The translations under genes were made by a program, and so were the position numbers. A DNA stretch of 64,000 bases from Balanoglossus misakiensis (Eukaryota; Animalia; Hemichordata). The stretch covers positions 9,366,296-9,430,295 of the forward strand of contig CM082594.2 in the NCBI GenBank assembly GCA_040954595.2, written 5' to 3'. A model generated the notes under the pieces. That model saw nothing but the letters and a program-made list of their open reading frames with translations, had not been told where the DNA came from and searched no databases. Every line of letters begins with the position of its first letter. The first letter of the stretch is position 1. Below are positions 1-11,500 of the stretch, piece after piece.

Positions 1-2408
1 GGACCGGGTATAGTGCTAAACCAGAGCCTGTCTGCCTGTCTGTCATTTTCGGAATTATAATCATTCTTAAAACCCGATATGTTGTTTTTCTCTTCATTTC
101 AACATGGTTTGCAAATCATGTATGTTCAAGATTTTTTTTAGATTTTTTCATGTACACGTATTCCACATTAATGATGTGCAAATTGATGAGTATGGGTACA
201 GTGGTGGCTATGCGCACAACCAAGTATTTTTGATCTTAATTTCATGAATGCAAATCTGTTTACTTTAAAAAGCGGACAAGTCTGTTTGTTTAAATAAAAG
301 GTATAGTTAGTAGGATATTAGCTGCTCGGGTCAACCGCCTATTTCATTTTCACAAACAATAGTCACAATGATTTCATACCTAAAATTGCAAGCGTTTCCC
401 TAAAGCATGTAGAGCAAAATGACAGTTAATCAAAGAAAGACACTTTGTTTGGATTCAATCCTGCCGTCAAAGTGTGACAACGAACACAATGACCACATTT
501 TCAACGCTTAATGGAATCAGACTGCGCATCCACTGACAAAGGTACAGTTTTACTAACCAGATTACACTAAATAAATGAGTTCACCGGAGACGGTTTGCAA
601 GTTCAATTTGCATTACAAACACTACAATGTTCAGACGCATTACACCTTGTATCTTCATGTTGCTCTCTCTAATAATTTTACATACGTTTTACAAGGGAAA
701 TCATTAAGGATATATGCGCACTATGAGAGCGTGGAATTTGTCTCGTCCCATAGGACTACATTGAGAATTGCTAGAAAACACGCTTATGCTATTGTCATTT
801 CAATGATATTTTGCAGATATTTATCAGAGCCAAAATAAAATCGTGTGGTCACCACTTAATTTTGAGATAAATCGCTTTGATCAATTACTGCAGATCTCGA
901 CTTTCAATCCAGTCGATGCAGACATTTGATTTTCAACAGTGATGCAGAAAAAAGGCCATCTGCAGCCATGTCCACCTGGTCTATCAATATTTACAATGTA
1001 GAGAAATCAAACGAAAATGTGACAAAGAAAGGCCCACATCCGAACATCAATCATAACCGGTTGCTGCTTTTCCCCGACAGGAAAATTTTGATTCGAACAG
1101 CGTCTTTGATCAATACAGGGATTGATTTCCCTGGTGATGAAAGCAAAGGCAAAACAAATTCTAACATATCTAACGTTTTAATTGGAAGCGACAGACACGC
1201 TCAGTAGCGCCCATTTGAGTGAATAAAAAAAAGATGAATGAAACGCAGTTGTCCATACAGTCCGAGTTGCGAGTGGTTTTTGCGGTGAGCAACACCTGTG
1301 CATATGTAAAGCAGCGCTTCCGAAAACCCTCCGCAATAAGCGAACGAATCAATCACGTTTAGCAACAGATAAAATCTAGAATTCAGAATCGCCGATAGGA
1401 TCCTGCAAACACACACACAACAAAGAAATTCTGCACGTCTTATCCTCCCACGCGCAATACTGCATAACGTCGCCATAACTACAAGTGTTTGACACAGCAG
1501 ATAATATTGACGAATGGTCACCGAAAAGAAATGTTGGTGAATTCCAGTTTAATGTATTCCATAAAGTTTGTATATCCAAAATAATTCTACTGGTCACTGA
1601 GTACGTGTGCCGAACTTTGGCAATAGAGGGCGTTCTTGGTGGAAAAATTGAGAGTCGAACAATATTTCAAGAAATGGCCAAATAAGATTAAAGTGTTTTT
1701 GGGGGCAATGAGAAATGCAAGAAGCAAAACCACCCTGGTAAGAGAAAGCACACAAATTGAGTAAATTATCCTGCGATACAAGCGTTTAATTTAATCACGA
1801 CTGCAAAATGCCACAGGAAATGGCTTGTGACAGACTGTGGCATTGCTCAAGAGAACCACGTTTGAATTCAGTGGTTGCCATGGTATCGCAACAGAATCAC
1901 GCGTCACCTTATAAATACACACAGTATTTTAATTTTGATATTACCGAAATTATTTGTCGCATACATTTTGAGATATTGCTTTAATAACTCATAAACAAAC
2001 AACACTGAACAGCCAAGCGTATAGGAATAGTTCGTCCTTGATTCATCATTGAAGTGTATCGAGTTTGGGGAAGATTTTGCGGTAAATACTGTTTGTTGTT
2101 GCATATACGTAGCATGTTTACACTTTGTTTTCACGTTGCTTAAATTCGTCAATATTTACAACTCCGCAGGGTCGTTCAAAAACAACAACAAAATTGACAG
2201 GAAAGAGTGTCGTACACTATACGTGTAATCATGTTTGGTTCATTAGCGTGCACTTTTGATGTGTCGTTCTCGACGACGAGAGGAGAAAAGTGAGCGAAAT
2301 ATCGCTATATGATGATTTTAATTGTCTACTTTCTGACTGTGGGTTATTTTATAGTGAATACCAGCAATATTATGTTTGGGAGTTGTTGAGTGCTTTGTCT
2401 GCAATTGA

Positions 2409-2545
2409 TGTGGAATGAAATGGAATTGAATCGGATTGAACTGGAGTGAATGGAATAGCATGGAATAGACTGTAATTCCATGGAATGAGACACGATGTCA
2501 CGCAATGAAATGGATACGCGATGAATCCATTGAATTATTGGGAAT
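2409..2545. repeat. Degenerate (GGAAT)n pentamer array
   Basis: tggaatgaaatggaattgaatcggattgaactggagtgaatggaatagcatggaatag... shows decayed 5-bp periodicity. Confidence 0.75.
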
Positions 2546-3406
2546 GGTGGTAATCTGTGGATTAGAACGATGTCTTGTGAGTACTTTGAACAGATCATCC
2601 TACTCCAATCTAGGAGTCAATATCCTTCGACAAACGAAATGAATTGGTACCGAACCCAGAACGCAAACCCCGGGAATCAAATGCCATAGTCAGATTAATA
2701 CCGTCATCTGCTGAGACCTTTTTAAATAATTTAGGAGTTGACCACAGGCTTTTACTGTATGTTTCGGCGAAAATTTAAGGACAACAGAAAAGAACGTCGA
2801 AAGACTCCGTATGCTGGCTTGATTTACGACGTGAAGCGTAGTTGGTTTTTAATTGGCGTTTTAATCTAGTGGAAAGATTGTTTCCTGGTGAATGCGGTAC
2901 GGTACTTCCTCCGCTGTCAAACGATCTTAATATCGTTGATTAGCCTCGGTACATAATTCGGCAAGCGTTGAATGACATTGATGAGTGGCTGTCAAAGGTA
3001 GACTGGCCAACAGTTTATCATGTAAAACGCACAGTTATTAGAGTTTGGTGTAGTTAGGACTGTGTTGATAGCTTCATTCAGGTTTTAGCTGTGGTGGGTT
3101 GTAACGGAAAATAAAACTTTCTTACAATTAAAAGTGAAAAAATAACTAACGGCACTGTTTGGTATTTGCCAGAAATGACCTGTCGACTGTCATCGTGTTT
3201 GCTAACTGGTATTCGGATCTCGTCGTTTTCTCATGCCTCATAAATTGTAAGTAACATGCGTGCATCATATTAATGTGTGCAGGGAAAAAGCGGAGTTACA
3301 CTTCAAGGCCGAGACTATGTACGTAGGCCTATAGATTCCCGCGCAGACGATCAAATCTAAACACACAAACATATTTTCATTTACCAATCTGAACGCTCTG
3401 GCTTAC

Positions 3407-3640
3407 CTGTTCGAGTCGACGTTGTTTAAGATGCGATAATGTTTGATGGAACACTTTCTTTTTGCTCTACTGAAGAGACTGCGTCTTTCGTGTGCAGCCA
3501 AACGTGTTGAGTCACTTTCGCCACTCCGCGCGTTACCGTTAATCTAAGAGATCTCGCGAGATTTTGTTGATAATCTCGCTACTGCCGCGTCGCGCGTCGT
3601 GCGGATGGTGGCGTGTCGCGATGTCGTTCGTCACGGGGAA
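3407..3640 (-). promoter_or_regulatory. CpG-rich promoter-like island with a candidate non-coding 5' exon
   Basis: Strong donor CAG|GTAAGC at 3407/3406 on -. Dense CpG over 3520-3640 and the palindrome TCTCGCGAGA at 3552-3561. Confidence 0.4.
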
Positions 3641-4455
3641 AATTGAACCGATGAAGAAGTTCATTTTTCATCGAGGTGTCATTAAGTGAGACAAAAAAAA
3701 AACAGATAAGCGTGTCACGAAAACAACAACAACATTAGAACGCTATCATTTTCACGACTAAAACATTTGCGTCTTATATCCTAGGTAGATCCACAATCGC
3801 TTCACACTTTGTACGAATCGTGGGTAGAATGATTGTCACAGATCTTTCAGACATCAAGGTCGTTTAATACCTCCGGTTTGTTTACGCGCACGTCAACTTC
3901 TTTTTCTCCATCAGAAGTTGTCACTTCCCGACTGCCTGTCCGTTTCTTTGAAAACTATTCAGACAGCACTGACGTATTTCCGCACACAGACAAGGTCGAT
4001 TATGTCCCTGAAAAGGGGACACTTAGCTCGGGTAATTTTGTGTCATTCGATAGATTCAGTGTGATATGTCTACATCACTTTTGTGAGCCGTTGATTGTCA
4101 GCAGTGGGAACGACAGTCTCAGACACCGAAGGGCGATTTTATTTTGGCTAATGGAGCTTTTTGTTTCCGCTGACTTTATTCAGTTACAGATCGATCACGC
4201 TCAATTGATTTGACATCAAATTAAACGCTCGTTGTCAACACGGGCATCAAGTGGGCTTTATTACATCCACGCGTCGTAATATGTGACAAGATAATACGGC
4301 GGCAACACCAACCTTTACAGTGTCACGTACCAACCTATTAGAATATTTACACGTGTTTACTGAAGATTTAATTTACACAAATGACCTACCCCCCCCCCCC
4401 CACACCACCACCGTTCCAAAGAGATTATAGTGTTGCAAAAACGTTTTCGGCTCAC

Positions 4456-4517
4456 CTTGAAGTCATCCTCGAAATGAGATTTTCTCCGTCAATCCTGTGA
4501 GTGAAAGTTTCCGCCAT
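4456..4517 (-). other. Probable first coding exon of an unidentified gene running off the left edge
   Basis: AAGATGGCGG (YY1/initiator-type context) at ATG 4517, ORF MAETFTHRIDGENLISRMTS, then donor AAG|GTGAGC at 4456/4455. CCAAT at 4631 and ATTGG near 4657 lie upstream. No downstream coding exon was recognised in 1-4455. Confidence 0.4.
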
Positions 4518-5549
4518 CTTGGAAGTTGAGAACGCCCCCGAGACGACGTATCTTGCTGCAAGTTCTCGAATCAAATGAAACAAGCATGCTCTGAATGGAC
4601 TTTGGGAACATCTGTTCACTCTTTTCTCAACCAATCAGAATGAGGTTGCTTGGAGCATTGGACACGTCAGCGCTTATAACGTATGTCAATAAACGTTGAC
4701 TAGTTTGACAGCATCAGCCAGACGTTGGTGGCGCTGTTTCCGCGCAGAAGTTTTCAAAAACAACGTAACACAGTAAATCTCAACAACGTTGTCACGTAAA
4801 ATATCTTTATTGCACATTGAGTTTCTTGAAATATAGTGGATAAGACATACTAAATTGGACCATCTTTCAGCAAATACTCGTATATAGCCAAACTATTTTA
4901 TTTTTAACTATCCATCGCTATACACCACTCACTGCTGTCGCATCATGCAGGAACAACAATCTTCTGTTACGCGAATCTTGAATCTCTGTTTTCAGAGTGT
5001 TTCATTGAGTTTTATCGTCATTATTGCCATTAATTATCGTGGTTAATATCCAACATATTCCAACAAAGGGAAAAATCAAATGTACTACATGTAGAAAGGA
5101 AAAAATACTCGACTAAAATGAGACAGAAAACATCATGATGAGATTAAGTAGTTTTTTTCACCAGTTTACGGGACGGTACTGTATCTGTACTCGCTGCTTC
5201 TTTGTTACCTGGACAAGTGAAAGCATGCCAAGATATCACTCTTTTAGAAGATAAGATACATGTTAAAGCCATCTACCTGGTGTATGTGTGTCATGCACGA
5301 AATATCCCCAAAAGAAACGCCACAATAAATATTGGGTAGGTTGAAGTAAACTAACCAAAATGACTGCGCTGGTGGTTACAAAGGAGGAAGGAGAGAGTGA
5401 ACGAATGCAACAGAAAGAAATATAAGCCGTTATCGTTGTTTTCCCTGATGACATCGAGTGATGACGTCATCGCGATGTGACGTCAGTGGTTATTCGTTTG
5501 CAGGTGGACACAGCTCTCAGACGCGATGACCAATCAAACGTGTTCTTGC

Positions 5550-8500
5550 TTAATGTTTTCGTCCGCAAGTGCCGTCGATGCAGACGACGCCGCTGCTATG
5601 GTCACAAGGACAGGATCCTGGAAGAGATAAGTTAATGATGCGAAATCATTATCATTAGTAGCAGTAGTACAAACAAACAAACATACGTACGTACGTACGT
5701 ACATACATACGTACGTACGTACGTACATACATACATACATACATACATACATACGTGGTAATATCACGCACCTTCAAACACATTCATGAATGGATGTGGC
5801 TTCACATGCTGACAGCTTTCAAATGGAGAGAGGTTTCGATGACACCGAGCAATAGCGCCCTCGTCGGTGTGTGGTTTCACGAGGCAACACTCCTCCGGTT
5901 TGCACTGGTTATTGTTCGAACACGGCTTGCCTTGACAAAATAGGAAATAAAATGAAGTTTTAACAAAACAATACGTTCAGATATAGATATACGGCCGTTA
6001 GAGAACACTACATGTAAACAGCTCACTATGTAAACTAAATATGTGACACCAATCATGCTATTATCATACCAGGTTCACACAGGGTAAAATGTAGACACGC
6101 ACAGCCACTCGTGCACATATTAAATTCACCTTTTGGTAGCGGTTTCACACAGATTTTTTCATTCATCTTGTCGCCGACAGGTACTTCCACACATTCCAAA
6201 TCGCTGGCACATGCGCACATGTTACAGTTACCGCCCTCTTCGACCAGAAAGTCACACAGTGGGAAGCAGGTACCTGTAACGGAGTTGAAAAGATAAATGT
6301 TTTTAAAACAACGTCGAAGAATGAAACAGAGTGAGACTATTGAGACAGACGGCTCTTTCTTACCTTGCAGACTCTCCGAATACTTTCTACACGTATGACT
6401 ACTGCAACAGTCCTTGTCTTCACTACAGGCTTGTCCGATAACACACTTTGAAGCTGCAGACAGAATCGAGAGAAGTTGTTCCGCTGCCGCCTTTGCCGCT
6501 CTGTCCTTGCTCGAAACTCTCGGATGGTGATCACCATGGCGACCACTTGGGTGCGGAGGCTCGAACAACACGTGCCCGAGAAGGCTCGGTTCCAAAATGA
6601 CTTCGGACGGTCTCACATCCGGGTCAGTTTTCTGGCCGTTCGGCCTTCCTGTATTCGCTGCTTCGTCGTGGCTGATGACGTTGAAAGTCCCGTCTTCCCA
6701 TTCGATGACGTCATCGATGCGTTCACCAGGAGCTAGATAGGTACGGTCCGGAGAGGGCAGGTATTCGTCTTCAAGGTCTTCAAGAATCTCACCTTGAATG
6801 TCATAAATGTCATTATTTTCTTCAGGCAATCCGCTTCTGTCATTTTTCCTTGCCTCTGCTCTGTAATGTGTCTATAAAACGTGAAAAAAATACAATTTAT
6901 GGCAAATAGTTGCTTGTTGTCGTCATCACTCGTGTCATTTTGTTTGAACTGAGGTCGCGGATCGCTCTGTCTGAGGTTTATCTGAGTTAGGTGTGTATTC
7001 TCATGGGGAAACTGCCCACGCTTCACGTCTTAAGCGGTTTGCGCGCTGCCTTGCCAGCGATTGCAACGGTTTTTGTATCGTTTACTTGCGGTGGTTGGTG
7101 TGACTTACGTCAAACGATAGGCTCTTGCTTGAACAACTGCGGCGATTTCCTTACAACCGTTTACCCGTGGTTTGACCAAGCAGATAACAACATGACAATT
7201 ATCAGACTTTGTGCGTTGCATTTGCCTGCCTGTGTGTATGTATGTATGTATGTATGTATGTCTGCCTGCCTGTCAGTCTGTCTGCAGTGTCTGTCTCCAC
7301 CGCCTTTCTCATTCTCTCGTTCAAATATGAAAGATAATTTATCAACTAAGCGGATTTTACCATACATTGTTTAGCATGTATGATCTGCTACTATATGTAC
7401 CAAGTGCGTGGGATAGTCGTCTTTATTGTGACTGAAATTAAATAATCTTGACCCTGTTGATCAGCAAATGGCATGAACCAGTTGATACGGTAGATTTAAT
7501 CAACAAGCATAATATAACAAACCGCAATTTATCTCAAGAATAGAAATATCGCCAAAAGGAGATAGATTTTCATCGGGTTTCAAATAAAGGTATATTTATA
7601 AGGCGGCTAAAGTTGTGACGTCAGAGGATGCTCGGCAGAATCTCCGTCTCTGGGGGTTTAAGGCCCTGATTAATGCATTGTACGTACTGCGATTGCGAAA
7701 AAGGTATCGACTGGTCACGGATCGTGGGAATTAGGTGGATGAAAGGAATTTTTCATGGGTGTTAGATTTTATTTGCGCTCCCTTCACAAAAAATAAAATC
7801 CCGAGAGAATCGTCTGCGTCGCTGACAGAGGAAGAAAACCATGTTGGATTAAGCATCCAATGTTTACTGCAATAATCATTACAACACAACCGCCCCCATC
7901 CATTCAAGTCCATTTTCTTTAATTTTTACTATTGTATACCCAGTCGGCCAAATCGTCATGGTGACAAGGCATTTGAATATTCACCTGTTACCGGCTTTAG
8001 CCGGTCTGACATTTTATGTGAAAACATCTTTAATTGAACCGCCCCACGCACTACACACAGTTATACACGTAGCACACAGTTTCTGAAAACGTAATACACA
8101 TTTTCTATTACGTACACACGACTTCTATACATGTAATACATTTTGCTATATTTCCTGCGTACCACGCATTTTATATGAAACAAAAATTTTCTTTCATCGC
8201 TGAACGCCAATACATATATGAGATAAATAAAATCATTAAAACTTGTCACCGTCGGGCTGGGAGACAGACTATAACTTTTTATTACAGAAATATCGCTCAC
8301 ACCTGGAATAAATTAATGTCATGCAAATGCCATTAAATTTAATTAAAGGTATCGCTGTCTTGAAAATTCATAAACTGCTGTAATTGATAATTCGATTTTG
8401 CATCGGTACGTGATTTAGGCGGTCCGTCGGCGTTGCCATGGAAACCAGCACGGCATGTCGGAATGTGGAGGGAAATAATCAAATGGTATTATTTCTCCTT

Positions 8501-11500
8501 TTCTCCTTGTGAGATTATTCACCGTGGTTAATGAACATTTCCTCTTTCAACCGCCGGCTTACAGAGTGACGTCATTTCAGAGGGCCATACCATTAAATTC
8601 GGGAGGTGGGGGAAAGTAAATAAAGACGACGTCACTCGAAAAGTCAGAAGATATCGACATCATGCACTTATTTTGTCTTTCGCAAACTCGAAATGACATG
8701 AATACAATTTATGGATTTCCGGGACAGTGATACAACGTATGGGCGAAGGTAGGACCGATGCGTCATTGAACGGTTTGAATTTACTAATCGATTATCTGCC
8801 ACGTATTTTGAAGGAATGGAAATTGGATTACTGAATAAATGTTTTTCTTTGGCAATTTACTCATAGATTCTATTATTCCGCAGTAAATGTAAAATAAAGA
8901 AGCAATTTTAGGTAAACAGTTTCAAGACTATTTGCTTGGCGAAAATACAATCCGTCAATCAACGATATTTCTTTTCATTGGGGATTTGCTGCGAAATCTT
9001 ACGGTCCCGGAACTACTTCATATTCCTGAGGAACGCATCTAAGCTTATTTGATACAATATTTTAATAAACGCATACATCCCTTCTTCAGATGGAATAAAA
9101 AGTATTTGCATTAACTTCACGAATACATTTGAAGGGTTCATACTTCTTGCGTGCTTAAATTGAAGAACTAGTTATATGTGTACATACATGTACTTCTAAA
9201 TGTCAAGTAGGACTAGTTGCCCTTAACCATAAAGAATGCATATTTGCGCCTAAATCTTCTTGTGTGTCTCTCTTTCAACGATGGCGAGAAGAACTACACT
9301 CGCTCCCAGGAGATTTATGAAGACCTTGTGGTAGAAATGTTTTAATGATTTATTAAAGTAATGAAATGTAATTAAAGCTAAGTAGTCTTGTTGACAGGTA
9401 CGTCGAGGATTTTGTAGTGGCGGAGAAAAGTTAATGTTGTAATGGAATAATGGTCTTGCCGAAGTATACCACGTCATTCACCGCTACTCTTTAAAATATG
9501 GCCGTGTTGAAATGATGGATTTAATAAAAATGAAAGTCCTCGCATATTCTACTCAAGTAATATGGTAATTACATCCACCATTTGATCAATTCACTTAAAT
9601 TTATTAAAAGTGTCGTACAGAGGAGACACTGTGTATCGAACTTGACCCGCAGGTATAGGAGAGCCCCGGGGTTAAGTAGTGAACGCCCACACATGTGCAC
9701 GCACTCCGCACAACGCCCCCTATACCAGTGACCACTTTCAATGATTCCATCACCCGGAGCCTCAGAACAACGTAGTGTTCGTAATACGCACCCAATTATC
9801 GGCAGTAGAGGCGCCAGTGCGTAGGTTCCCCGCCAGACTAGTTCTGACCTGTGCACGGGAATTGGTGTGGCGCTGAATGTATATCGCGGTTGCCAGACGT
9901 GGAGACTCGCAAACTACTCGCAGAGATAAGAACATATATACCAACCTCCAACAAAAATTCCTTTGCTATACATTTACCTGAAAACTGCATGTGCACAAAA
10001 AAGCATTCCGAATCTCAACTCCCTGACCGACCCATCAATCCTACACTTCAAAACTGCCAGTTGGCCATAACTGTCAAAAGACTAAAATGGAATACGTCGT
10101 CTCGTAATCCAAAAACCGGACAACAAAAACGTAGTGACGATTACACGGAATTTCAGCTGGACGTTTATCACCAACCAAGCACCGCTCCCATACACAGCAC
10201 CATCATTAAGAATGAATCCTTGGAATGAATTGTCTGTTCTTTTGTCACTTTTATCCGATGTAATTAATATCTCGTTCAATCGAAATCTCTAGCATTACCC
10301 CGTATTAAGACCTTCAAATCACATAAAATATTGACGCAATGAATAAAATCTCCACCATCAGTCTCTGCCGCTAAAGTGTCAAGTTGATTTTGACGCGGCC
10401 ATGATGTGTCGTACGCGCCGAGAATTTTTTGCAGAGGCCTTAAAGACAATTCTATCTTTCTATCTCCAAGGTAAATCGTGATTTTAAAGCCTTGTTTTCT
10501 ATCAGTAACACTAAAAGGACAAATTGAAAATAAAACGCAAACGTTACTACGAAATGGCCGACGAGCAATTCATTTATACCAAACACCAATTCATCAAAAT
10601 TCTGCGCCTCGCGGATATTAATATTTCATATTTTACTCGTGAAAAGATTATTAATGTTATGAGTCGGAGTAATATACTTGAGATGGTGGTCTTGACGCAT
10701 TGTTTTGTTATGACACTGTTCTCTTTCATTAAGCAGCGTTTTTAACGTGAAACTGTTCGATCTATTATCACACCTGCTCACGATTTTGACATTTGGAGCC
10801 TAGAGACATGTGGTGCTGTGCAACTGAGGGTAGTAGCATCTTCTCAGCTGAAGTTATAGTTCTTACGATGGCGATTAAAGTGAGTACTACTCGACGATAC
10901 GACGCTGATCACACACAAGATGGAGTCTATTTTCGGTCCTACCACAAAACCTTTGGCATTTCGATGCGTTCTCATAAAATGAAGCCAGCAAAAGCTCAGA
11001 AACATGCGTCGGGGAGACCCGAGTCGCGCGCGCGCGCCGGTGGTTTCCAAGCAACCGCTGATATCGAAGTATAATTTCATTGCGATATCAGCGTCATCAC
11101 CGACCGGCGATAGCTCTCTGTTGTGTAGACATAGACGTGCGTCCCCAGTAAGAAGCTTTCAACCGAAGTATAAGAAATATTAATCACATAACTCCATCAA
11201 CAAATTAGTAAGATTTGAAGTTATTTTGAATAATCTTGGGAATAGTCGAGGCTAACATGACCAATGTTCCGTGACCTGCATAACACTATGATATTGGTTT
11301 TAAATTGATTAAAGTTGTAAACAATACGATTTTCTGATTTACCTTTGGATATTAATAAAAATGATAAATAGCGTTCTCTATGTCTGGCAATTCTGTGTAA
11401 AACATGAAACCAATCTTGCCATATAGCCAGTGTCTTACAAAACGTTTTTCTCGTGGACCGTAGCTCGGTGATCAAGCTAATTTCGCCTCGTTTTTTTTTC

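Noticed and set aside
575-2598. Several 60-106 aa ORFs at the left end
   Set aside because: No motifs or consistent exon phases; probably intronic sequence of the off-window gene.
5534-5767. ORF with MYVC repeats
   Set aside because: It is a translation of an intronic microsatellite, out of frame with the real exon.
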